A DNA stretch of 63,341 nt, counting the filler, from Atractiella rhizophila (Eukaryota), in NCBI GenBank assembly GCA_021432655.1. It is 10 parts of 10 records of this genome, joined end to end, with 100 filler letters (N's around TTAATTAATTAA, not from the genome) between each part and the next. Parts side by side here need not be neighbours in the genome. Positions count along the whole stretch, not along the records: positions 20,471 to 27,163 come from MU272275.1; positions 27,264 to 33,952 come from MU272276.1; positions 34,053 to 40,735 come from MU272277.1; 7 more parts are not named here. The stretch is one strand, 5' to 3'. The notes beneath the pieces were generated by a model. It was given only the letters and a program-made list of their open reading frames with translations. It was not told the origin of the DNA and made no database searches. Each line of letters starts with the position of its first letter. Position 1 is the stretch's first letter. Position numbers and translations under genes: made by a program. Below, piece after piece: positions 24,314 to 36,129 of this stretch.

Positions 24314-27163
24314 ATGGATTTCCTCCGCTCACTCGCTTCCAGCTCGCTGGCCTCTCTGGCTGGCGGCGGGATACCAAACCTCCCTCAGTATACGCTGGGC
24401 GAGAAACAACCTGTTTGGGACACAAATTGCATTTGGCAGCTCTTCAATGGTGTCCGAAAGGTGTGTTGAATCCTTACCAACTTCAAGTCTGGGTAACGGA
24501 GGGATGCTGCCATTGTAATCCTCTGCTTTGAGAATATGAAGATACACTCAGAGCGGATCTTCATTGCTACTCTGCTCGTTGCTCGTTGCTCGTTGCTCTC
24601 CTGAACAAACGTCGTGCCCTAATCCTTTCCTGACTCGTGGAGCTAGAGATATTCTGTGGGGACAACACACTGACGTGCTTGTGTGCAGGATGACCAACTC
24701 CCCGTTTCTATCTTCCACTTCGACGCCAACACCTCTCCAAGCGGTCGCTCTATCCTTCCACTCGCAAAGAATCACTTACGCAAACTGCGTTCGATACGTT
24801 ATCCCGATGTCCTCAAGTTTCTAGATGCATCAGAGACGGATCACCAAGTTTGGGTCATTACAGAGCGAGTTGTCCCGCTAAATATGAAACTCGGTGAGCC
24901 TGATGTGGCTACGGAGGAGTGGAAGATATGGGGACTAGCCAGGATTGTGGTGAGTATTTGATCTTGTTCGAAGTGGGAGAATGATAAAATTTGGCAAGTA
25001 AGTCAGCTCTACAATTCATCAACAAGGAAGTCGGAGCAACGCATGGTGCGCATGGCATGACTAGGGAAAGCGTTATCTGACGCTTGGACGGATAGGGAAT
25101 CTACGAGCTTCTTCTATCTTCGTTTCGCAGGGTGGCGAATGGAAATTGAGTGGTTTTGAAGTCCTTTCCAGTCCGAAAGACCAAAACCCTGTTCTTTACG
25201 TCCGCATTTTGTTCTTCTCTGTCAACGGATCTCACCTTGTTGCAGACTCTCGGCGGTGCTCTGCCTGGAGCAGGAGCTTTAGCCTCGCCTGAAGTCGCAA
25301 AACAAGGCTGGCCAATGATACGGGAACAAGATCCGTCTGCTCTCGACTCGTTTCAGCTTTATATTTTCATCTATCAGATCTTCAATAATTCACTCCCGCC
25401 TTCTGGCGCTCCTCAACCTGGATCTATACCTCGATCGCTTTTTGGCACTATTAGGAAGCTGGGAAACCCCTCTCCAGCTGGCAGGATGAAGACGGTTGAT
25501 CTTTGGGAAGCGGGTATGGCAGAGGCTGGGTTCTTCAAGACGAACAGGCTTGTGAGGATCTGCAATGGGCTGGAAGGAATGGCACTCATGGGAGAGAGCG
25601 AACGTGGGGCGTTAATTAAGTACGCCAACTTTTGAATCGTTGTAACCCTTGAAGCTAAAGTGGCAACAGGATGATCAAAGAATCTCCAACTCCATTGCCT
25701 CCCGATTTCTTGACGCACAAAGTGCTTCCATCTTTGCTAAATGTTTTCGAATTCAGCCCAGGTACGTCTGGTGAAAAATTTATCTTCATCATCGCCTGAT
25801 GCTTGGAGAAATAGGCGGCCCAGCACTGCTTCCACTCATTCTCTCCTTCTCGACCAATCTGCCATCAGCTGCATACGCTCAAACCGTCCTACCAATTGTT
25901 CTGCGAATGTTCAGTTCCCCAGACCGCGCTATGCGTGTCGCATTGCTCGAAAATATAGACAGTTACAAGGAACACCTTGACACTCGTATGGTGTGTGACA
26001 AAATCTGGCCTAATCTCGTTGGTGGTTTCAGCGATACTGTCGCAATCGTGCGGGAGATGACCGTGCGAAGCATACCTTCCTTTGCTCCAAAACTGTCAGA
26101 ACGCATTTTAAACAACGACCTCCTTCGACACCTAGCGAAAACCCAAACAGACCCAGACCCATCCATTAGGACAAACACTGCGATTCTTCTTGGGCGCCTT
26201 TCGAAACAGCTCACGATTTCGACGCAGAGGAAAGTTCTAGTGCCAGCATTTGCGAGAGCTGTCAGGGACCCATTTCCACCTTCGAGAACGGCCGGCTTAG
26301 CCGCACTGATGGCCACGGTTGAAATTTATGAGCGGGATGATTTGGCCGCGAAGGTTATTCCAGCTATGAGCCTATGTCTCGTAGATAAGGAGAAAAAAGT
26401 TCGAGATCAGGCGTTTAAGGCTATGGACATGTTTGTAAAGCGTCTTGAAGTGCTCGTTCGAGATATGGTGCGTTCTCGCCTTCAGTTGATTTGGTACAAA
26501 TTAAATGGCAGGGTAGCCTGAAACAGTCCAAAACGATGCTCAATCTGCTCCAAGCCAGATTTATACTACTCCTTCCACGGCCGCGGCCACTAACACAACT
26601 GTCAGCCCAGCTCTCACCACTTCCGCTGCCGCAGCTAGCTATCTTGGTTCGTGGGCCATGAGCACCATATCTAAGCAGGTGCATCAAATTTCTCAATTTT
26701 ACTCGTAAACTTACGGCCTTTCAGCTTGAACTTGGATCTACAATGTCTCCAACGCCAGCAACTCAGCCTCCTGTTCCCCAACCTGTGAATGGTGCTCGAC
26801 CCATGAATGGAACAGTTCCTTCTCGTCCACAAGCATTGACCCCTCGTCCGCCATCGCTCGAAGCGCCAGCACCACAGATTGAGGAATGGGGAGGCGATCC
26901 TGAAGATCTTATGGATGTGACTGCTGATCAAGGCGATTGGAGTAAGCTGCGCATCCAAGTTGAGATGAGAAGGAAGGGCTGACATACAGCGGTTAGCTGA
27001 ATTCGAGACAGCACCTCAGCATAAACCAAAGATTGCTGCCATTAGGCAGAAGGGTCCACCAGCTTCTCGGCGGCCAGTGGAACCAAAGAAAACACCGATG
27101 AAACTTGATGCCAAAAAGTTGGACATGTCAACTTTCGCACCAGAACCTGACGATGGTATGTCC
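24314..27163 (+). CDS. CEX1: SCY1-like pseudokinase with HEAT repeats (CEX1/SCYL1-like); 3' end in gap
   Basis: KNHLRKLRSIRYPDVLKFL, IFVSQGGEWKLSGFE, MFSSPDRAMRVALL, DPSIRTNTAILLG, RDPFPPSR, DKEKKVRDQAFK. Confidence 0.88.
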
Positions 27164-28014
27164 NNNNNNNNNNNNNNNNNNNNNNNNNNNNNNNNNNNNN
27201 NNNNNNNTTAATTAATTAANNNNNNNNNNNNNNNNNNNNNNNNNNNNNNNNNNNNNNNNNNNNAGCCCTAGTGCGCTTCACTGTCCCTATCTCTGTTCTA
27301 CACTACGTCACACTGTCATTTCTGGGCGGCTCATGGAACAATGATTACATTGTCTGCGACATCTGTTGTGACTTAGTAGAGTGGAACAGTTTATAATGAC
27401 GACCCATTAGGAGCGTCTCCTTACAAAATTCAGCAGCAAACCACGTTGTACTATTGCACTCCTTAAACATCGTGATCTATCATTCATTATGCTAAATAAC
27501 TCACCTCATCGACCCTGGGAAAGTACTGGCGCTTGATATACAAGACTCTTGCTACATGCTGTTTTAGGCTTTTACCGACTTGTTGAGACACTACAGAGGC
27601 AGTCAACAAAATCATGCAAAAGTGTCACAAACATATGCAGGCTCAAGTGTCCTATTATACCTACGAAGTGCCTAAGCAATGCAACAAGGTTGAACCTACC
27701 TTGCACGTACCCAAAGAGCCCAAAATGGGTGAAGTCAGTCCCTGGTTAAAAACAGGGTCTAACCAGCGTCTGCAAGAGATAGTAGTAACCTCATCATCCC
27801 TTGGCCCCGAATTCTGGCAATGGATGAATGAGTGACAACAGACAAAGCTTCGCTGGTCTTAATATTAAAAGAGTTTGAGTGGTGCTGCTACATATGGGGT
27901 TATCAAGCGCATCGGCTGCTTGGGCAAATCTTGTAACCAATTACAATGTAATTGAGAGTGAAGCAAGTAGAGACGGGGTATAGAAGGAAGGAAGAAAAAG
28001 ATCAGCAAAAAATA

Positions 28015-28096
28015 TACGGAAACTGGGGCTCGAACCCAGGGCCTCAAGCGTTCTCACAATGTGAAGCTTGCGCGCTACCGACTGCGCTACTCCCGC
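28015..28096 (-). tRNA. tRNA-Val(CAC) with a 9-nt intron after position 37
   Basis: Cloverleaf GCGGGAG/TTTCCGT, D arm GCGC-AGTCGGTA-GCGC, anticodon stem CAAGC/GCTTG with loop TT-CAC-A[TTGTGAGAA]C, T arm CTGGG-TTCGAGC-CCCAG, discriminator A, downstream oligo-T Pol III terminator. Confidence 0.9.
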
Positions 28097-29991
28097 TTCG
28101 TTACTGCACATTTGCAGCATTTATTTATAGGGCTTGATTGTGGTTGGCCTTAGTCATTTACTCCTTGCCTCCTGCACCATCATTCTCACTCATACTCTGC
28201 CCTTAATAACTGCTCTGTCCTATCGATAGCCACGCATGATGTGCGCTTTCAGTGCACTGTGCCGGATCTTGCCACGCCTCAGCTCAAAATGTGCGTCAGT
28301 CTCATTCCACATCCACCTATCTTCGGGAAATACCTCTGGCAATTTCGACACTGGCTCCTGGAAAACTCAGCCTCAGACATAGAGCTTGGATCCGTCTCGG
28401 GGGTAATTGGACGTGTTCGTCATGGGTTTGCCTCTGGCTCTGCGTTCACGCTNNNNNNNNNNNNNNNNNNNNNNNNNNNNNNNNNNNNNNNNNNNNNNNN
28501 NNNNNNNNNNNNNNNNNNNNNNNNNNNNNNNNNNNNNNNNNNNNNNNNNNNNNNNNNNNNNNNNNNNNNNNNNNNNNNNNNNNNNNNNNNNNNNNNNNNN
28601 NNNNNNNNNNNNNNNNNNNNNNNNNNNNNNNNNNNNNNNNNNNNNNNNNNNNNNNNNNNNNNNNNNNNNNNNNNNNNNNNNNNNNNNNNNNNNNNNNNNN
28701 NNNNNNNNNNNNNNNNNNNNNNNNNNNNNNNNNNNNNNNNNNNNNNNNNNNNNNNNNNNNNNNNNNNNNNNNNNNNNNNNNNNNNNNNNNNNNNNNNNNN
28801 NNNNNNNNNNNNNNNNNNNNNNNNNNNNNNNNNNNNNNNNNNNNNNNNNNNNNNNNNNNNNNNNNNNNNNNNNNNNNNNNNNGGTAGGGCTCTTTCTCCA
28901 CTTGCTGGCTTCAGCTTTAGCGACTGTACCACTTTCTTTTTCCCACCAATAAGTAGTAGTCCTGCCTGCCAACAAGACTGCTGAGTTCGAGTTCGGAACA
29001 ATTTTTGGCGGGCAGCGAGTCGCTGCTTAACCGCTGCACGACGGTAACAGTCTCGCGCGGCTGCTTCCTGCAGCGACTTGGTTAGTACCTGTTATTTTAT
29101 CCTCTGCGGTACTACCTAGTCAAGTCGCTCGGGCACCTTGGCCTTTCACCATTGAAACGTGGTGGGCGACGAGCCACGTGCCTGTCCAGTGGCTAGTCGC
29201 GTTCTAGAGGACGGAGAAGCAAAGCACCACCCATTTTATCTCTACTCACCGTTTTCTATCTAGACGGCCTTTCGACAGCAAGCTATTTCTATTTAAAACG
29301 AGCAGTAAAAGGATTTGCGCAGAGGGTCTCTCTGTAATTAACATAGTAGTGCAGTGTGTATAAGTTCCGATTAAAGCGTAGGGAATCCCGCGATCGTAGT
29401 GTGGTGGCGCTTGCGGTACCTGGCTTAGAAACTCGCTTGCACGCGATGAGCTCGGAAAGCGTCTTACTTACTGTCCAGGTAACGCTCGGGTATTCCGAAT
29501 CTCGTTCTAAGGACAATCGCTTCCACTTCTGCATTCCCGGTTCTTCATGCCAAAAGTTGTGTTGTCGGCTGAACCCTCCAGTATTCGAGATTCCCCGGCC
29601 CAGAGCTCAATAACCCTGCTGACCGTCGATGAACTGGTGGGAGACCGTAATGATCCTTGATAAGTGGAGGCTTGTGGAGCGACAAGTTAGAAGACACATT
29701 GTCTAATTCGGCCCGCCTTTTATCTCCTCTTGTTCTTAATTGAACCACTTGATCCATCGATACATTGCCGGAACGAGCTATCCAAGGTGACCATCCTTGT
29801 CTCCTTCCGCGCTCCACTATGCTTTTTAACGGCATCATTTGCAAGCAACAGAATATGTCTACAGAACGCCAACGTTTGCCACAAGACGTGAAACAGCCCA
29901 TCATGATTTGCCAAGGTTTGTGCCATAGTCTGTCCCTTTCAAAACTCATGGATGCTCTTCAGCGTGCAGAGGACCTATAACGAACTCCTCT

Positions 29992-30383
29992 ATGCCATCT
30001 AATCACTCAAATTCTGTCGTTAGGTCGTTGCAGGCTCGCCTTTGCGATCATTGCGTTAGGACGGCCGAACAGATCGCGAGGGGACTTCAACCTGGGGGAA
30101 GTCAAACAGTCATGGGTTCCGCTGCCCTGCAGAGTCCAAATGAGGAAACCGAAGAGTCACGGATCGCAAGACTCGAAATTCGAATTCGTATGCACTTCTG
30201 TTGCGTGGACATATCATCTCTCTTGGCTGACGATGACTAATAGAACAGTTAGAAGAGATATACAATAATCAGGCCCGTTGGCTACAGGCTATTAGCACAC
30301 TACCTCCCCGCCAGAATGGAGAGCAGCGTGCTGAGGCGATTCGAAGCTGGATTGAGCGGACGAAATCGCAAAGAGGGCCATAG
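29992..30383 (+). CDS. Small hypothetical coiled-coil protein, two putative introns
   Basis: GT-AG splicing joins MPSNHSNSVVR, TAEQ...SRIARLEIRI and QLEEIYNNQARWLQ...GP* in frame. Confidence 0.4.
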
Positions 30384-31186
30384 TCCACCACAGGCTGCTC
30401 TTGTCATCAAGGGTGATGTGTGCTGAACTGACATTTTCCCTATGTAACCTTCTGCCTCTCTGTCGTAAAGCCTCCTCTATCTCGCTTGATGTGACAGACT
30501 CGTGATCCTATGTGCTGGAAACTAGGCTTTGCTCTGTAAAATAGTGAACACTTTAGGTCGTCATAATAATGTTGCGTGCAGGTCTTACTTATGTCAAGAA
30601 ATAGGAACCGATGGAGAAGCAATGTAATGGAGAGGTCGATATTGCAGCCTGGTATTAATATAAGATGAGTAGTAGACGATCCAAAGTATTACAGTAGAAC
30701 TGCTTCATACTTCTCCATCATTGAAACGAGCGAAGAGATGAACACTCGCGTCAAGCTCAGTAGAGGCACTGTAGAGCAGAAACAAAGGGCGCCAAATGGT
30801 AGAAGACTTTGAAGAGAAGAGGACGACACGAACAAGGCCTCTGCGAGACCCAAGGGAGGACAGGAAGCAAGAAAGTTTCCATGAAGGGGGAGAGTCAAAG
30901 TGTCAGTTGTCACTCATGAAGTAAATTTGAAAGACAGCAAACGAGATTGCTAGGGGTAGGAACTTTTGACTGAGGACGACACACATATATGTATCATAAA
31001 ATTTGGACTCATGCGCTGCAGCTTCACTTCATTTACCATATCATATGACCAACATAACTAATTTCAGATTTCCAAAAGGTCATAGCCAAAGAAAAGCATA
31101 AGTACGTAGTAGCACAGCCGTGAGAAACTAATAAAAGGAGGTACACACTAAGTAACGATACGGAGCAAAAGGTTGCCTAAACGGAT

Positions 31187-33952
31187 TCAGGACATGGAAA
31201 GTGGCCAACTGAAATCGGGCAGATTCGTTCCTTCAGTGTTGAATAGGGCTGAAATATCGTCCAAATTGTCGCTCATGAACTTGGCCGAGTCCGCACCGAA
31301 CATCTTCTCGTACTGAAGAAGCTGAGCTTCGGTATCCGAATCCGTGAGGGAACTATCGGTAGGTGCATTGAACCCACTTTCCTTCAGTAACTTGAGCATC
31401 TCATCATCACCGTCTGATTGAGGCGACGTTTCTGTCGACTTTGTCCCATTCAAGCCACCAACTAGGTCCGGCGTTGCCTCGTCTTCGCCTCCAAAAGCCG
31501 ATGGATCTATTAGGAAGTCAATGTCAAGAGGGCCAGACGTATCGCCTTCGAGACCGGGGAAAGAAAGTTCTGGCGCAGGAGCACCCAGAGCCTTAAAAGG
31601 CTCGATGATTGACGACGAGGTGGCTGCCAGAGGAGGGGCCTTCTTATCAGCTCCAGGAATGACTGGTGGAATCGATAGTTCGAGATTGAAATCGAGCGTT
31701 CCCTTCAGGTCCGAACGAATTGTCGACGCGACTTCGTCAGCAAGAGACGTCGATCCTCGGGCGAGCGAAGTCGTAGCAGCTAAGTTCTGCCAAATGTTAT
31801 CAGTATCTTCGATAGAAGGTGGCTTAGAGGTGGACTGATTCGGAGCGCTCATAGATGGTCCAGCTGTCGCCGTTTCCGAAGACCCGCCAGCGTTCACGTT
31901 GACATCCGCGCCGGTGGGTGGAGAGGCTGACGCTCCTCCCAACTCTTTCTTCACCTGGTCGACATTCTTCGCGAAGTCCCCTTTCCCTACCTTTACACCT
32001 TTCCCTCGAACAGCTTTCCCGCCTCTGCCTGAGTTCTTCCTCGGGATTTTCACATTGGGGGATGTCGACGACTCTTGTTCAGGGCTAGCAGCAGGTCCGT
32101 CGGTACTGTGACGGGCGCGTTTCGCAGGTGGTTGTTTGAGATCTTCCATGCGAGGGCCAGGGTTGATGTTCTTCGCAAACTCGGTATTCTCCGTGCTGCC
32201 CCCCCTGCTCGCGTCTACAGCGTTATTAGACTTTCCATTGACGAACTCCAAGCAGCGTTCGATTTGAGACTTCAGTTTGTCCAGATCAGCAGGAGTAAGG
32301 AGGAACTGCTCGTTCTTCAGTTGAATTTCTTGGTCTTCGAACATCCGGATCTAATTTTGAGTTAACACAACGGTGTCACACGACTTGAGAAGCATGACGG
32401 GGCGCACCATGAGTAGGAGTTTATGCGTGGCCATCATGTCACCAGACATTTGAAGAAAGTTGGGTAGGATTTTGATACATCGCTGTAAGTCATTTTTCAG
32501 CAACGGAATTGTGCGTCGGATCTGTTCCTTCTGCATCGGATTCAAATTATCGATAACTTTCAATCTCGCTGTTCATCAAAGTCAGATGTGGATCTTGTCT
32601 GAAGAAGGAAACTCACGACCGTTTTCATCTAACTTGGCCTTTATCGCATCAACGGACGCTTTGGCAGCGGGAATGGTAGTTGCTTTGTACGGACTGGCCG
32701 ATTCCGGTACCTTCATCAACTCCAACTCAGCTTGGGTAGGTCCACCTGAGAACTGTTGGGTGAGCATCGATGGATTCTGATGGCCGAGATTGAGCGGCAT
32801 GTTAGACGTAGTAGGAGCTGGAGGAGATTGAGAGTTGTTGGGGAGGCGGATGGAGTCTGGATTATCTCGCAGCTGCTGTCGCTGTTTGGTAATCGCCTTG
32901 AGCCAAAGCTCCTCAAAAGGGTTCAGCATGCTTGTGTACAGAGTCTTGACTTGATTGACGGTTTGCATGGAGCGTTGAGGATCGGAAGGATTGATCTGCA
33001 AGCCTACTGCCTGCGCAACTGTTGGCCACTGATTCTTCTGCGTGGTAGAGAGGGAACCACCGTGCGTCAGGACCGCCTGAAACAAACCGAAGAGATCAAT
33101 CCTCTTCCCATCGATGAAGGGATCGCCCGTGATGGGAGTATTCCTGTTCTTCATCATATCTTGTAGAGCCCGCAGAAATGTGTCTGGACGCAGCTGGGTC
33201 TGAAAGAGCTTCATCGGAATCTCGGGTAGAGGATTGGAAGAGGCAGGTTGGGTCAAGGACGAGAAATTGAGAGGGTTGGATTGACCAGGCAAGTTGATTT
33301 TAGCCTGTGAGGGACTGCTTGAAGAGCCAGGAGCTTTGAGTCTATCGAAAGCGCTAGTACCGATACCCAAAGCGGCGGCTGCCTGGGAGGTCTCGTTGTT
33401 CTGCCTCCCGAGAAGCATCGACATCGCGTTCTGGTTATTAGTCGGTATATCTCCAACGTTCATTCCCCCCATCAGCACTTTCCTGATCTCATGAAGCTGG
33501 TTGCCGAGGACGGTCTTTTCTTCTTGGCTAAGCGGACGCGATCCGCCCTGCAAGTCAACCTGTCCAGATTGTAACGCCTTTTCCAACTGCATAGCCCTGA
33601 GATGGAGGTGTTGCTTGTTCGGCAGGTTATGGTTTTGGGGCTGAGGAGAAAGATTCGCGCCGCCCAGTCCCAGACTACAAATTTAATTAGCGCAAATTAT
33701 CGAGCATTCAATTGACAAGACCTACTTAATGCCTCCCAAACCCGTCGACGAAGGATTCGCGTTGGACAACAAGGGACTCGACGATGGAGGAAGAGTGGCA
33801 GAGGGATTGAGGAAATTGTTGCTCCCCATTCCTGACAGCGCTTGAGCTATGTTGTTTGCGAAGTTCTGACCGCCTCCAGTACTCTTCAACCTCTCGGCCA
33901 AACTCTGTGCTTGTTCTTTAGTCAACTTCCCCTCCTTGGCAAGTCCTAAGAT
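31187..33952 (-). CDS. ARID/BRIGHT-domain nuclear protein with a Med15(Gal11)-like helical segment; 5' end in gap
   Basis: FLRALQDMMKNRNTPI...IDLFGLFQAVLTHGG...WPTVAQAVGL...YTSMLNPFE is a canonical ARID; NLS-like PPAKRAR; acidic C-terminus. Confidence 0.85.
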
Positions 33953-34904
33953 NNNNNNNNNNNNNNNNNNNNNNNNNNNNNNNNNNNNNNNNNNNNTTAA
34001 TTAATTAANNNNNNNNNNNNNNNNNNNNNNNNNNNNNNNNNNNNNNNNNNNNTGGTGGTGCGTCAACATCTGCTGGGTCCCCGTCTGACGGAAGCTCATC
34101 GTCCTTATCAGCGAAAGGCTGCAATCACTGAGAATCACCCTGAACCTACTTCAACTTATCCACAACCCCGCTTCTTCTTCAAGGCTTAGGACCCTTTCCC
34201 GCTTCGTTAGACAACATTTCTTTAGCCTGGGTGCCATCCTTCTTTTTCCTAGCATTCGTTCTTCCGTCTTGCGAGTTGACAAATTGATCAAGTTTGTTGT
34301 TATTGTAGAATTGTGATGATTATTATTTCGCTCTTCAGAGGCTTTGTATACTTGTGAAACCTTGTTCTAGAAACTTCCAGATGAGTAACATAGCAAGAAA
34401 CAGGGAAAAAGCGAGAGAAGGAATCATGAACGACAACAAGTTGCCCTCAGCTTCCCTCCCCTCCAAGTTCTTATTCTCACATCCTCACATTTGTCTGCAT
34501 TTTCTTTCATGCATTCATACGTATGGATCTTTGGATCGGAATGCAGCTGTACTGTATTTCATATTCTTTGTTTCTTCTTCCTCTTTCTTCACAGCCAGTT
34601 TCATGGCCGCTCTCCCTCCTGGTAGTTTTAGTCCAGATCTGACATGCATTTCCTCAGTTTCTTCTCCCATTCGACAAGGAGTTCTGGTCAATCGTCATCG
34701 ATTTCATCTCGTGCTCTAAGCGATGGACCCTCAGCGTTCGGAAAGAACCCTAAGCCTTCTTCGTCAAATCCCAGTAACCTTGAAGACCCTGGGAATTTGT
34801 CTGACGAATACCATGCATTCAGCGCCAATTCGCGAGAGGTTCCTCTTTTTAATGAAGGCATTGGAGTTCAAAACCTTTCAGTGTTGCAGCTGTACTTTCA
34901 ACCT

Positions 34905-35971
34905 CATCAGCACTTTCCTGGGCAACGTCCATGGTGCTATAAGCCCTATCATAGCTCATAGGCATTTTGTCACCTAGGCTCTATGGTAGACTCTCTATAG
35001 TGCTATAGGAAGGGCCGCCCTATGGGCCATATTGCACAATGGCACTATGCCTGTGACTCACTGTCTTATTGGTTTGTTCTCAAGCTAATGCCATAAAAAT
35101 GCTTTAAAAATCATTGTATTGTTGACACAAATATACTTTGGTAATGTACACACTGTCGTCACACTATCAAAAGGGGGGTTGTATCGTCCACACCCACCTG
35201 AGACCACTTACCAACTGTCCAGGGGCATGGGAAAACAGTATTGAAGCATTCACCTCAGGCTTCGATGAGGGACCTGGCATGTTGAACCGTTGCAGTGAGT
35301 CACGGAACAAGGTTGCGAAAGGGAGATGTTGACTTCTCCACACTAAGGGATTCACTTTAAAACAATCCCTTGCACTTCACATAGTACTCACCTCAATACC
35401 ATAAATCCTTCTTGTCCCCAATCCAATTACATGCTTAGATAGCGATGACTGTTTGAAGGGCATGTGAGTGAGAAAGGAGTGAACTTACAGCGAGAGCAAC
35501 TCTCCCTGCTCGAGTTGCTGGAGGTCAAGAAAGGTAGCTAGACTAGTACGAGAGTGTTGGGGGGTGGGAGGACAAGCGGAGAATAAACTTGATGTGACAA
35601 ACATCATTGAAGGGATGAATGTTCGACGTCGACAGTTTGCGGCAAGTTGACCTCTTGGAATGAGCCCCTCGGGGCGACCTCAGGCAGAATGCGGTGAGTC
35701 ATTCTGGTTCTCCAGTAGGTTGTGGGTTCTCAATCAGAAAGCAGACATGGACAAGACACAAGGTACCACTAGTCTCTTGAAATGATGCAGATGCGACGCA
35801 CTCCGGTCAAAGTTGTATCCAAGTCAGACCGTCCAATGAAACAAGTAAGCATGAGTCACCCATAGTTGTGCAGAGCGCCGCATAGCGCCATAGGAGATTT
35901 GTTGGAACGTTGGGACGTTCTATGGAGGGTTCCTATGATAGGGCCCCATAGGACCAGGGAATTTGCTGATG
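34905..35971. mobile_element. Putative non-autonomous TIR element (~1.07 kb) with CTATG/CATAG-rich subterminal repeats
   Basis: Left end CATCAGCACTTTCC and right end GGAATTTGCTGATG are imperfect inverted repeats; GCCCTATCATAG occurs inverted at both ends; flanked by CT on both sides. Confidence 0.55.
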
Positions 35972-36129
35972 CTAGAAGTTTTCTCAGCGCCAAAGCAACA
36001 ATTTTTGGCCCACAATTTCGTTTCTTATCACGTACGCTCCAGATCGGCCACCCCAACACCTTTCTCGTCCTCCAGCTATCCCAAACTCAAACCGTCAAGA
36101 TTTTCAGAGTCCTAGATAACGTCAAGAAG

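Noticed and set aside
28015..28096. Reading the tRNA as a TCA (selenocysteine or opal suppressor) tRNA
   Set aside because: Stem register places CAC at 34-36 in a TT-CAC-AC loop typical of Val; there is no long variable arm
28241..29001. Long ORFs in the ORF track
   Set aside because: Artefacts of translating through the 430-nt N-run
29010..29130. GCAGCGAGTCGCTGC and related inverted motifs as an ncRNA or Helitron end
   Set aside because: Short GC-rich palindromes without a matching terminus or recognisable RNA family; insufficient evidence
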